Translations under genes and position numbers: made by a program
Notes under the pieces: generated by a model
Seen by the model: only the letters and a program-made list of their open reading frames with translations
Databases searched by the model: none
What the model was told of the DNA's origin: nothing
Shown here: piece by piece, positions 1-11,935 of the stretch
Position numbering within the stretch: the first letter of the stretch is position 1
How the letters are laid out: every line of letters starts with the position of its first letter
Assembly: GCA_043228905.1 (NCBI GenBank)
Contig: JBHGNT010000013.1
Coordinates: 10,106,001-10,170,000, forward strand
From: Azolla caroliniana
Taxonomy: Eukaryota > Plantae > Polypodiophyta
Direction: 5' to 3'
Length of the DNA stretch: 64,000 nt

Positions 1-200
1 ACAAGTGAAGTCAAGGTCCTCACCTACATATAGGAACATATTCTAATACATGAAAATGTTGTATTTTGAGGTCGTCCCAAGGTATTGACCTACATATGAG
101 AATATATTGTAAGATGTATTTTCGAGTTCTTCATGAAAATGTTGTATATTGATGTGGTATTGACCGTCAAATAAGAATATATTCTAATGTGTTGTCAAAT
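1..200. repeat. Degenerate tandem repeat carrying GGT-ATTG-ACC hairpin motifs (probable retroelement leader remnant)
   Basis: Repeated words acctacatat, catgaaaatgttgtat and ggtattgacc (about 81-90 and 156-165); same hairpin core as the 28107-28288 array. Confidence 0.4.
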
Positions 201-1282
201 TCTTCCCGAGTGTATTTTCTTTTGATGTTTTCTCTAATTACACTACTCTTTTCCTTTCTTTTCTTTTTTCCAAAATAAAACTACTTTCATTAGTTATAAA
301 ATTTTACAGGGACGTGATAATTCCATCTTATGTAGATGCTCACTAACTCAAGAAAGGGAGAGGACGACCATTGTTGGATGAAGGCTAGTTGTCGCCTTTC
401 AACTCCATTGGAGCCACCCTTGAGGCCATCGTATTGGCTCTTTAGAGTTTCTACAACTTTACTCTGTATCTCTTGCATTAACATTATTGGATGCATTGTT
501 TCGTTGGAGAAGACCCGTTTACACTGTTATTTCCATAGAGTCCAAAGAGTTATTGGGTTGACCTATTCAAACACAACTTGAGATTTAGCAGTAATAGGAG
601 TTGAGTGGATATTGTCGATGGTGGAAAAAAAAACCTCTTGTGCTTTAATCACTAAACTCATCTCCTCCTCCTAATGCTCGTATTTGTCAATTGGGGCTTG
701 CCATGATAACCAACATACATTTCCCCACTTGATTGCGCCTTGCCCTTGGCATAATTGCAATGGGCGGCCAACCCCCTACCATATTTGATGGGTCTTTGGG
801 CATTCCCATAGAGTGTGTCAAATTGATTTTGTTACATTTTGGCATGCCCCACAATTAGGAGAGCTAAGGTTCCCCCACTACCACACTCAAATCGATAGTG
901 CCTAATGTATTAATAGCCATTGGAACGTGGTAATTCGCCGAGCGCGTGATGTTGTTTCCAGATTTTCTACCAAAACTTGGTGATAATTGTGTGAGGAACA
1001 TGCGATATGTGTGCTAGCCCTTTGCAACAATCGGCTCTTGGGCGGTTTGAGTGGCTAGAATTGGAAGAAAGGGATGGCTTTGCTTCCTTGACCCGCATAA
1101 GGATCGCCACGTCTATTGCAAAGGGTCCCAACTGACCTTACGTAGCCATGTCTTCTCATGAATACATATGTGTCATTCTGGTTTTACTTTGATCGAGTCC
1201 GGATCTATAATCCATTTATGATCTGTATATGCGAGTACTCGAATTCCCGTATTCAATGTTAATGCCTCACTGTCTCATCATT

Positions 1283-1845
1283 CATGTCCCTCATCTTCGA
1301 CTTCCACATTGAATAGTTGGAGCCGGTGAGCTTGAACATGCCGCCCAACGATTTGTCCATCTTCTGTGTCGTTTCACTCTGATACCACTTTGACAGGAAC
1401 TACACGCTCCGATGAACAACGCTTGGCCACAACCGAGTCTAAAATCAAACACAGAAAACAGATAATGAACGCACGACACAAAGGAGAGAAGAGTACACAG
1501 GATGTTTAACGTGGAAAACCTTGAGAGGGAAAAACCTCAGGAGTTCACAGACTCCAAACTATCACTATATCACAATGATTACAACAGTGAGCTCACGGAG
1601 GCAACGACCTCGTGCTCACGATCTTCGCCACAGGCGGCGGTTACAATAGAGGCAACAACCTCTTCCTCTCTCTCTCTCTCTCTCTCTGTCAACTGTTACG
1701 CGCTTTCTGATCTAGCGCCAACAAGAATGACAACTCTCTCTAAGTTTTCCCTAAGTCATATGTATACTAATATGACTTTTCGGCTATTTACAAATATAGC
1801 CCCGATGGACTCTCAGAAAACATATTTACGAATATGTCCCTCCAT
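1283..1845 (-). repeat. Partial LTR of A (1391-1845) followed by a second PBS and the first ~100 bp of gag
   Basis: Near-identical to 5599-6177; fused at 1845 to RNase H codons (YCDSQSAIHLAKN). Confidence 0.9.
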
Positions 1846-3063
1846 TCTTAGCAAGGTGGATGGCACTTTGACTGTCACAATAGAGCTGGTATTCATCTTG
1901 CCGGATACCGAGCTCTCCGATGAAGTCCTTCATCCATAATATTTTCTTGCCGGCTTCCACAACCGCCATGTACTCCGCCTCCGTGGTTGACAACGCAACC
2001 GTCTTCTGCAGCCTCGACTGCCACGAAACAACTCCCCCTACATATGTCATAACATACCCGGATGTAGACCGGCTGGTATCCACATCAGCCGACATGTCCG
2101 AATCGGTAAAACCGTCAAGTTGAGGTTTTCCAGAGCCGAATCAGAGACACATATTTGAAGTGCCCTTCAAGTACCAGAGTATCCATTTGATCGCGTTCCA
2201 GTGCTCCTTGCTGGGATTGCTCATGAATCGGCTCACCACTCTGACTGCGTATCCAATATCTGGTCGAGTACACACCATTGCGTACATTAAGCTCCCGATA
2301 GCAGAGGCATATGTAACCTTCATCATATCCACCTTCTCTACTTTCGTCTTCGGGCTTTGTTTACCGGATAATCTGCAGTTTACCGGAAGTGTCGATCCGA
2401 CCGGTTTCGCATCTGACATGTTGAACTGCTGAAGCACCTTTGTCATGTACTTCTCCTGTGACAGCCACAATTGCTTCATTGACCGGTCCCGGATAATATG
2501 CATCCCCAACATCTGTCTTGCCGGTTTAGGGTTTAGGTCCGGTTGAGAGCCTTCTTCAGGATCCGTATTTTGGCTTGGTTCCGTCCGACGATCAACATGT
2601 CGTCCACGTACAAAAGGAGTATCAGGAAGTCGCCTCCTTCGAACTTCTTCACAAACACGCAGTGATCGGCCTGCGTCTTGTGGTACCCTTGATCAGTCAT
2701 GAAGGAGTCAAACTTCCGGTACCATTGTCGGGGGGCCTGCTTCAACCCGTAGAGGCTCTTCTTCAACCGGCAAACTAGGTGCTCCTTCCCTTTCTCCACG
2801 AATCCTTCCGGTTGCTACATGTAGATCTCCTCTTCGAGGTCACCGTGAAGGAATGCCATCTTCAGGTCCAGCTGCTCTACCTCAAGGTCCATGCTTAACG
2901 CTATACTCAGCACCGTCCGGATGGAGGTCATCTTTACTACCGGGGCAAATATCTCGTCGAAGTCCACGCCCTTCTTCTGTTGGAACCCCTTCACCACGAT
3001 CCTGGCTTTGTATCTTGGGGTTTTGCCGGCATCTCCCGGTTTCAACTTGTACACCCACTTGTT
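1846..3063 (-). pseudogene. Copia A reverse transcriptase and truncated RNase H, broken by stops/frameshifts
   Basis: ORF pieces 2815-3054, 2533-2799, 2141-2512, 1826-2095 with [35 protein letters not shown]. Confidence 0.92.
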
Positions 3064-5676
3064 TCAGAGTGCCCTGTTTCCTTTCGGCAACTCCACCAAT
3101 TCGTACGTATGGTTCTCATGCAAGGAATCCATCTCATCCTGCATGGCACTTAACCATTTGCGGTTGTGGGTGTCATCCTTCGCTTCTTCGAAGCTTTTCG
3201 GCTCTCTGTCATCGGTCAACAACACATGCTCTGAATCCGGAAATCTTCGGGGGGGCCTTCTCTCTCTGAGAGGATATCTCCGTCTCTGGGCTTCGGTAAC
3301 CGGCTCCTCCATTTGCTCTTCATCCGAATTTGATTCGGGGTATTGGCCGGTTCTGGTTTCAGCTTCCTCTTCTTCTTCTTCTGCCGGTTCGGTATCCTCA
3401 CCGTAATCGGCTGGTTCCTCGAGTGCTAACCGGTCTCTTGCCGATTGGGTCTGCTCATTGTGGAATCGATCCTTACCGGTCGACTCGGAGTTCATTATCT
3501 TCTTCTCCGACTCCCAGTCGGCGAGCGTCTTGTCCTCCATGAAGATAATATCTTGACTCCAGAATACCTTCTTGTCGACCAGGTCCCACACTCGGTAGCC
3601 GAACTCATCGTCGCCGTAACCGAGGAATATGCATGGTCGGGTCTTCGGATCTAGTTTTCCTCTCCGGTCCTTAGCTACATGCACGTACGCAAGACACCCG
3701 AATACCTTCAGATGCTGGTAGGACACTTCCTTACCGGTCCAGACTCTCTGTGGCGTGTCTCCGTCCAAGGGTACTGAGGGTGATCTGTTTATCACATATG
3801 TCGCCGTCGACAGTGCCTCAACCCAAAACTTCCTGGGTAGTTTTGCATGCGCCAACATACTCCGGACCCTCTCCATTATGGTCTGGTTCATCCTCTCGGC
3901 CCGCCCGTTTAGTTCTGGCGTCTTCGGCACGGTAAATTCGAGCCGGATTCCCTTCGAGCGACAGTACTCCTCGAACTGCCCCCGGTATTCCCCTCCGTTA
4001 TCTGCTCGAACCGCCTTCAGCTTCCGGCCGGTTTCTCTTTCCACTCTTGCGTGGAGCTCTTTGAAGATGGATAACACATGATCCTTCGTCTTTAATGGTG
4101 TGGCCCACAACTTCCGGCTGTGGTCATCTATGAACGTCATGGAGTACTGTGATTCGGCATGTGACTTCGTGTCCACTTGACATACATCAGTATGCACCAA
4201 CTCCAGTGCTGCATTACGTCTCATCGGTGGCCTCGATCGGAAGGAGGTCCGGTTTTGTTTACCGGCCAAACAATTAGTGCACTTCTCCAAGTGCACGTTC
4301 TTCACTGGAATGAGGTTGTTGTCTGCAAGCCTCTTCATCCCCTTCTCGCTCATGTGACACAGCCTCTTGTGCCACAGCTCACCGGTAGTGTCGGATGCCA
4401 CGTTCCCTTCCTCCGGACATAACTGGGCATTCATCAGGTACAGGGTGTTGACCTTCCGGGCCCGAGCCACAATCAGGCTCCCTTTGCTGAACTTCATAAC
4501 ACCGTTCCGGATGCTACCCGTGTAGCCTTCATCATCTAGCCGACCGGCTGATATCAGGTTCAGACGAACCTCCGGAACGTGTCGGACATCCTTCAGCAAC
4601 AGCTTGCATTCGGTTGGCGTTGTCAACCACACGTCTCCTATGCCGACAATTCGGCATGTACCTTCATTCCCCATCCGGACACAGCCGTGATCACCGGCTG
4701 AGTAGGATGAGAAGCATTTCCGGTCCGGGGTAAGATGGAACGACGCTTCGGAGTCGACCACCCAGGTCGTCTCATCGCCGGCAAGGTTTAGCTCATTCTC
4801 CTCGGTGATGAGCATAAACTCTTCTTCACTTGCCGCGATTGCCGTCGTTCCCTTCCGGTCCGGCCCCCTCCGGTCTTTACCGTTTTGGTCCGGTGTCCGC
4901 TTCGAATCGGTACCGTCGGTTTCCTTCTCTTTTCGGAAATGCCGACAGTTCTTCTGGAAGTGTCCCGACTTGCCACAATAGAAGCAAGTAGGCCTCCCCC
5001 TTGACTTTGACCGTGTCCCCGACTTCTCCCGGTTCTGGGGACTACGGTTCCTTTGTCTTCCGCATTCCAATTCGGTAAGGAGCGCTTTGGAGTCGGAGCT
5101 CGTATCCTTATCTTTCCGACGCTCCTCATCTAGCAAGCTCAACTTTACTCTTGCTAGGGATAACCGTTTCCCTTCCGGCCCGGCGTTGCCCAAAGTGACA
5201 ACCAACGTCTCCCAGCTATCCGGGAGGGAACCGAGCAGGAGTAGCACTAGTACCTCGTCGGCGAGAGGTACTTCCAATGAAGTTGCCTGGTGTATCAGCC
5301 CCTGGAAGGCATTCATGTGCTTTGCCATGCTGGAGCCATCTTGGTACCGGAGTCTTACTAGCTTCCGGAATACCGAAACCTGGTTAATAGCATTTTTGTT
5401 CTGAAACATAATGCTGATCTTCTCCCAGAGCTCATGAGCCTTGCTCTCTTCATTGAAGTTGTTGTATAGGCTCATGTCGATGAAGCACCGTATGTACTCC
5501 GTTGTCTTCATGTGCATCACCTCCCATATCGTGGCGTCGATTTTGTCCGGCCTCTTGTCCCCGAACTGAACCGGCAACCAAAGATCTTTAACCACGAGCA
5601 TGTCCCTCATCTTCGACTTCCACACTGAATAGTTGGAGCTGGTGAGCTTGAACATGCCGCCCAACGATTCGTCCAT
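3064..5676 (-). CDS. Copia A Gag-protease-integrase polyprotein (870 aa), ended by a premature TGA at the start of RT
   Basis: Zn knuckle CFYCGKSGHFQKNC, protease-like WVVDSEAS, GAG-pre-integrase LWHKRLCH, integrase ADNGGEY...PELNGRAER. Confidence 0.92.
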   Translation of the reverse strand: MDESLGGMFKLTSSNYSVWKSKMRDMLVVKDLWLPVQFGDKRPDKIDATIWEVMHMKTTEYIRCFIDMSLYNNFNEESKAHELWEKISIMFQNKNAINQVSVFRKLVRLRYQDGSSMAKHMNAFQGLIHQATSLEVPLADEVLVLLLLGSLPDSWETLVVTLGNAGPEGKRLSLARVKLSLLDEERRKDKDTSSDSKALLTELECGRQRNRSPQNREKSGTRSKSRGRPTCFYCGKSGHFQKNCRHFRKEKETDGTDSKRTPDQNGKDRRGPDRKGTTAIAASEEEFMLITEENELNLAGDETTWVVDSEASFHLTPDRKCFSSYSAGDHGCVRMGNEGTCRIVGIGDVWLTTPTECKLLLKDVRHVPEVRLNLISAGRLDDEGYTGSIRNGVMKFSKGSLIVARARKVNTLYLMNAQLCPEEGNVASDTTGELWHKRLCHMSEKGMKRLADNNLIPVKNVHLEKCTNCLAGKQNRTSFRSRPPMRRNAALELVHTDVCQVDTKSHAESQYSMTFIDDHSRKLWATPLKTKDHVLSIFKELHARVERETGRKLKAVRADNGGEYRGQFEEYCRSKGIRLEFTVPKTPELNGRAERMNQTIMERVRSMLAHAKLPRKFWVEALSTATYVINRSPSVPLDGDTPQRVWTGKEVSYQHLKVFGCLAYVHVAKDRRGKLDPKTRPCIFLGYGDDEFGYRVWDLVDKKVFWSQDIIFMEDKTLADWESEKKIMNSESTGKDRFHNEQTQSARDRLALEEPADYGEDTEPAEEEEEEAETRTGQYPESNSDEEQMEEPVTEAQRRRYPLRERRPPRRFPDSEHVLLTDDREPKSFEEAKDDTHNRKWLSAMQDEMDSLHENHTYELVELPKGNRAL

Positions 5677-5692
5677 CTTCTGTGTCGTTTCA

Positions 5693-5703
5693 CTCTGATA
5701 CCA
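5693..5703 (-). promoter_or_regulatory. Primer binding site, initiator tRNA-Met
   Basis: TGGTATCAGAG 3 nt inside the LTR end. Confidence 0.9.
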
Positions 5704-5706
5704 CTT

Positions 5707-5978
5707 TGACAGGAACTACACGCTCCGATGAACAACGCTCGGCCACAACCGAGTCTAAAATCAAACACAGAAAACGGATAATGAACGCACGACACAAAGG
5801 AGAGAAGAGTACACATGATGTTTAACGTGGAAAACCTTGAGAGGGAAGAACCACGGGAGTTCACAGACTCCAAACTATCACTATATCACAATGATTACAA
5901 CAGTGAGCTCACGGAGGCAATGACCTCGTGCTCACGATCTTCGCCACAGGCGGCGGTTACAATAGAGGCAACGACCTC

Positions 5979-6019
<41 letters not shown>

Positions 6020-6450
6020 GTCAACTGTTACGCGCTTTCTGATCTAGCGCCAACAAGAATGACAACTCTCTCTAAGTTTGCCCTAAGTCATATTTATACT
6101 AATATGACTTTTCGGCTATTTACAAATATAGCCCCGATGGACTCTCAGAAAACATATTTACGAATATGTCCCTCCATCCGGTGAGCACTCCTCACCGGGC
6201 CTGCATCATCCGGGCTTGCCGGGTACTCGTCATCCGGTTCTCACCGGGTCTTCCGTAACCGGGTACTCGTCATCCGGTTCTCACCGGGTCTTCCGTAACC
6301 GGGTACTCGTCATCCGGTTCTCACCGGGTCTTCATCATCCAGCTCTTGCCGGGTATTCCTCATCTGGTTCTCACCGGGTCTTCTGTAGCCGGGTACTTGT
6401 CATCCGGTTCTCACCGGGTCATCCCATCCGGAGGGACCTGTTTCCTAACA
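5707..6450 (-). repeat. 5' LTR of Copia A (744 bp)
   Basis: Minus strand TGTTAGGAA...TTCCTGTCA termini, adjacent PBS, (CT)n tract. Confidence 0.9.
6176..6430. repeat. CCGG-rich ~40-bp tandem repeat in U3 of LTR A
   Basis: gggtactcgtcatccggttctcaccgggtcttccgtaacc units starting 6221, 6261, 6301, 6351, 6391. Confidence 0.9.
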
Positions 6451-8625
6451 TAATTTCGCTATGAGAGAAATATGTTGTTGGGGGTTTGCATCACTTCGAT
6501 CCCGAGGAAGTAATGAAGGTCCCCGAGGTCCTTCATTTCGAATGCATCCGACAACTTGGACTTCACTCGACCGATTTCAGTGAGGTCGCGTCTGGTAACG
6601 ACCAAGTCGTCGACGTACAATAAAATACATACCGGACCTTCATGATCTTTCCAGATGAACAACGAAGAGTCGGACTTCGAGGCCACAAACCCCATCTTGC
6701 GCAACCGGTGCATGATCGTCGAATTCCAAGCACGGGGGGCTTGCTTTAGGCCATACAATGACTTCTTGTGTTGGCACATTGCCGACTTGTTCATCTCCGA
6801 CTGAAATCTGGGGGGCTGGATCATGTAGACCTATTCTTCAAGATCTCATTGAAGAAACACATTCTTCATGTCCATTTCGTGAAGATGCTATCCCCTTGCC
6901 ACAACAACCGCGAGCACCACACAAACCGTCATCATCTTTGCTATTAGAGTGAAGATTTCATCATAGTCGATTCCGTGGGTCTGTGCATACCCCTTTGCCA
7001 CTAACCGGGCCTTGTACCGGTTGACCAAACCATCAAGATTATACTTTACCTTGTACATCCACTTGCAACCGATCGGTTTGCAATGTTGGGGAGAATCAAC
7101 TAGGTCCCAGGTGTCGTTGGCATCGAGTGCCCGCATCTCTTCCTCCATAATGGCATGCCAATTTGCGTCCTTTGCCAATACGCGTGAACCGTCTCATTGG
7201 TTCCTTATGCGGGGAAAGCACGACTGAATCTCCTCTACTCGTCGACTCTTCATTTGACTGGTCGATCCAACTCAGTTGCTCATTCGGCCCGCTTAGCCAA
7301 AATGAGATCAGACTCTCATCTAGAGTACCAAAGTCGTCTTCTTCTTCTGCCTTGATCGTCTCCGGCTCATTGGCTTGATCCCCTGGAATCGGGTCAGAGT
7401 CAGGGGTCGGAGTCGGTAGAGAGTACCAGGATGCTGACTCGTCAAATTCGACATCTCGACTTACTCGTACTTGCTTAGTCCTGGGGTTATAACACTTGTG
7501 CCCCTTCTGCTCATGAGAATAGCTAACCAAAATGCACTTCTCCGACTTCGGGTCCAACTTCTTCCTCTACTTATCTGGCACATGCACATAGACAATGCTA
7601 CCGAATATCCTAAGGTGCTTTAAATTCTGCTTCCGCCCAAAATATAGCTTGTGTGCTGACACCTTATCCCCGACCCGGTTTTGGATATAGACGGCCATCC
7701 GGACCGCTTCGGCCCAATATAACTTGGGCATGATTTTCTCCTCAAGCATCGCCCGTGCTGCCTCCACAATCGACCGGTTCTTCCTTTCGACCACACCGTT
7801 TTGTTCCGGTGTCTATCAACAGCTGAATTCCCTCCAAATTTCTTTTTGTTGAATATAACTATTGAATTGGCCGGAAAAATACTCTTTCCCGCTATTCGAC
7901 CGCAGACACTTGATCTTCCTCTCCATTTCCCGTTCGACAAGGCTTTGCAGGTTCCGAAAATAGTCCAAGACCTCGCTTTTCTTCTCGATGAGATAGATCC
8001 ACGTGTGCCAACTGTAGTTGTCGATGAAGGAGATGTATCAAGTCGACCTTGTTACAACTCTGGTTTCTTTCGGTGGGGAACAAAAGCCGGTGTTGCTTCC
8101 CGAGCTGGCTAGCTTCAAAAATTTGGGCCTTTCGACCACTAAATTTCGGCAATCCTAAAACAACTTGTTTCGATTGCAGGTCTTGAAGCCTTTGATAGTT
8201 GACATGGCCAATCCGCTTATGCCACAAGTCGATATCTGACTTGACCTTTTGACCTTTTGCAAACAGATCAGTGCCGACATAATTGGTGTCGAGGATAAGC
8301 ATCCTCCCGTCCCAGTGTCCTTGCGCGATGATCTGGACTTCTTCCTCGATGAAGCACCCGAGGTGCGTAAACCGCATTTGCATCCCCTGGTCGACGATCT
8401 ATCCGACTGACACCAGGTTCTTTGTTATTGTCGGAACATAAAACATGTTCATAAGTTTCCCTTGTTGTCAGACATGAATCAAGGGGACTTCTCCGACATG
8501 CACTATCAGGTGAGGAGTGTCGTCTCTGGTTTCGACAACTCTTGGTTATTCCGGTTATTCCAGTTATGAGAACCACTCTTCATGGCTCATCATATGGTTG
8601 GATGCTCTGGAATCAATCAACGTAA
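6451..8625 (-). mobile_element. Decayed Copia fragment B (PR-INT-RT), same family as element L
   Basis: ORF pieces [49 protein letters not shown] closely match 39198-42660. Confidence 0.9.
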
Positions 8626-10843
8626 TGTTGGGAATTCGGTCCCTCCGGATGAGCCAGACTGGACGGATCTGGATGGATCCAATGTGAACCGAATCCAGGG
8701 ACATATCTGTAAATATGTTTCTAGTGTGCCTATCATGGCCACATTTGTAAATAGTCCTAAAGTTATATAAGTATAAATATGACTTAGGGAAATCACTTTG
8801 TGGGTGTAGAGATATTATTGTATAGAGGTTGTAGAGAGCTCGAGGTTGTTGCCTCTGAGTCTCCTATTGTACCCCCTTTCTCTTATAGTGATAGTTGGAG
8901 TCTGTGGGATCCCATGGTTTTTCCCTATTAGGGTTTTCCACGTAAACATTCTGTGTCCTCTCTGCTGTCTGTGTAAGTGTATTAATCTCCATTTCTGCTT
9001 TGTTCTTCCATTGAGTTTAAGACTCAGTTGTGGCCGAGTGCTATTCCTCACAAACTGGTATCAAAGCCAAGGTTCTAAACCTTGAAGAAAATGGAATAGT
9101 CATTTGGAAGCATGTTCAAGCTCATCGGCTCCAACTACCCAGTGTGGAAGTCGAAGATGAGGGACATGCTTGAGGTCAAAGATCTCTGGCTATCGGTACG
9201 GTTCAGGGACAAGAAACTAGACAAGATCGATGCCACGATGTGGGAGGTGATGTATGTGAAGACGGCGACATACATTAGATGCTTCATCGGCATGAGCCTG
9301 TACAACAACTTTAATGAAGAAAGTAAGGTTCATGTGCTCTGGGAGAAAATCGGTACCATGTTGGAAGTAAAAATGCAGTAAATTGAGTTTCGGTATTCCG
9401 GAAGTTAGTGAGACTCCGGTACCAGGACGGATCCAGCATGGCGGAGCACATGAATGTATTCCAGGGGCTCATAAATAAAACAATCTCATTGGAAGTACCT
9501 CTAGCCGACGAGGTACTCACGTTGCTGCTGCTCGGTTCCCTCCCGGAGAGTTGGGAGACGCTAGTTGTCACTTTGGGCAATGCTAGGCCGGAAGGAAAAT
9601 AGTTGTGCCTAGCAAGGGTAATATCAAGCTTGTTGGATGAAGAAGCTTGTCGGAAGGATCGGGTGTTCGGAACCGATCTGAAGGCCATGGTCATGGAAGA
9701 TGACAATAACTAGGGAAGAGGCCGGAATCAAAGTCCCCAAAACCGGGACAAATTGGGGATGAGGTCGAAGTCAAGGGGGAGGCCCAGTTCCTTGTATTGC
9801 GGAAAGCCGGGGAACTTCCAGAAGAATTGACGACACTTCTAGAAAACCAAAGGGGGAGCCGACATTCCGGAACCGAAGAAGATTTCGAAAAGGAGAGGAA
9901 CGTCGGTGATTACACAAGTGAAGAAGAACTGATGCTAATCACCGAGGAGAGTGAGCTGCATCTTGTCAGTGATGAAACGACATGGGTGGTTGACTCCAGC
10001 GCGTTGTTCCATCTGACCCCCAACCGGAAATGCTTCTCATCGTACAAAGCTAGAGATCACAGTCCGGATCGGAAATGAAGGTGCATGCCGAATTGTCGGC
10101 ATAGGAGACATGTGGTTTATGTTAAGAAAACGTGAAGAAGGCACTCGGGCTCTTCTTATGTGCGCGGCGGATCGTGGTGTGCTAGCTCGTTTAGTGCTCA
10201 AACACAGAAGGGAAGGGGGAAGGAGACTTACCTCTGTAGCAGCCAAAAACTTCTTCTATTTCATTATGCGCAGAGCTCTACTTGCTCTCGTTTGTTTTTC
10301 TCTCTTGCTCTCACTCTCTGAGTTCTTTCTCTCTATGCTCACTATCTCTCTCAGAGTTCTACACTCACTATTCTCTGTTTTTTCTTACTACTTACTTCCT
10401 ATTCACTCACTCTTACTTTTACCTAAATCATAAGTTATTACACATGCAGCTAATTAGCTGTCAGTCGCTAAATAGCTGTTCACTAGCTAATTAGCTGTCA
10501 GTCGCTAAATAGCTGTTCACTAGCTAATTAGCTGTCACTAGCTAAATAGCTGTTTTACCTTTTTGTTTCACTAGTAGCTAAATAGCTACTATAGCTTATT
10601 TCTCATAAGCATCACATACCATGTTGAGCTTGCTTCTCAACACTCCCCCTCAAGCTCAACTTATTCTTGCTTGAGGTTCTCTTCAATCTTCTTTTCCATT
10701 TTGCTTTTTAGCCATCTCATCAATGTTTACAACTCCCATCATGTTCCGAAACTGTGTATGTTTTTCCACACTCAATCCCTTCGTAAGGATATCAGCAACC
10801 TGCTGATTTGTATTCACATACACCAGATTAACTTCACCTTCCA

Positions 10844-11935
10844 TCACTTTTTCTTTTTTGGTAACTTCACCAAATCCCATGTTCTGTTTTCAGCCAATGC
10901 ATCAATCTCTTCTTGCATTGCGTCCACCCATTTCTTCTCAGTTTTAGCCTCATCAAAACTACTTGGATCAGGGATCTGTACCACCTTAGACATATATGCA
11001 TAGTGCATAGCCATATATGTATCATACCCAAATCTTTCCACAATCTTTTTCTCTCTATCTGATCTTCTCAGTTTCTGATTTGCATTCTTTATTGCCTTTT
11101 CCATACCAGGGATTTTCATTTCCTGTATTCCAAGGAGATCATCCAAAGACATATCTGAATCTTCATCTTCCATGTTTTTTGATAGGTCATCCGGGATTTC
11201 ATACTCTGGCATTTTCTGTTTTCCTTTTTTGTCATCAGATTTTTTCTGTCCAGTTTTTCCACTCCATGAATTTGAATCAGATTTACCATCTGAGCTTTTT
11301 GATGGTCCAGAACATTCTGTTGATGTTGGACTTTGCTGTCCAACCTTGTCTCCATCTTTGTGACAGTCTTCTACATTTTCTGATCTGTCTTTGTCTTCAT
11401 TTTGACAGTCTTCATCAATCTCTAGATTCTGTTTTGGGCTGTACCAACTAGCCAACTCATCAAATATCACATCTCGACTTGTCACAATCTTTTTAGTCAC
11501 AGGGTTATAACATCTGTACCCTTTTTGTTCTTCTGAATATCCAACAAAGATACATTTTTCTGCTTTTGGATCCAACTTACTTCTTACTTCTGCAGGCACA
11601 TGTACATATGCAAGGCATCCAAACACTTTCAAGTGTTGTAAGCTAGGCTTCCTGCCATAAAAACACTCTTCAGGAGTTGCCTCATGTACTCCTGATGTAA
11701 TATATCTATTTAAAATGTAATTTGCTGTATTTACAGCTTCTGCCCAATAGTATAATGGCATGTTCTTCTCAGTCATCATTGCCCTTGCTATGTTCACCAA
11801 AGTTCTGTTTTTCCTCTCAGCAACTCCATTTTGCTGTGGAGTATATCGGCATGTGAACTGTCTTCTTATTCCCTGATTACACAAAAAATCAGAAAATTCA
11901 TTGGAGAAATACTCTCCTCCTCCATCAGATCTCAA
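10844..11935 (-). CDS. Copia D integrase core/C-part plus first residues of RT
   Basis: RSDGGGEY, PQQNGVAERKNR, GYRCYNP; ends at WDLVKLPKKKK where RT is deleted; RNase H tail QVADILTKGL follows at 10683-10850. Confidence 0.9.
   Translation of the reverse strand: MRSDGGGEYFSNEFSDFLCNQGIRRQFTCRYTPQQNGVAERKNRTLVNIARAMMTEKNMPLYYWAEAVNTANYILNRYITSGVHEATPEECFYGRKPSLQHLKVFGCLAYVHVPAEVRSKLDPKAEKCIFVGYSEEQKGYRCYNPVTKKIVTSRDVIFDELASWYSPKQNLEIDEDCQNEDKDRSENVEDCHKDGDKVGQQSPTSTECSGPSKSSDGKSDSNSWSGKTGQKKSDDKKGKQKMPEYEIPDDLSKNMEDEDSDMSLDDLLGIQEMKIPGMEKAIKNANQKLRRSDREKKIVERFGYDTYMAMHYAYMSKVVQIPDPSSFDEAKTEKKWVDAMQEEIDALAENRTWDLVKLPKKKK

Larger units (their letters stand above)
1283..6450 (-). mobile_element. 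Ty1/Copia LTR retrotransposon A (Tork/Tnt1-like) with rearranged 3' end
   Basis: 5' LTR 5707-6450, PBS-Met, then Gag-PR-INT-RT-RH in Copia order; RT motifs LYVDDMLI and YASAIGSLMYAMVCTRPDI. Confidence 0.95.

Noticed and set aside
300-1282. Possible decayed Gypsy protease region or host exon
   Set aside because: No motif recognisable with confidence
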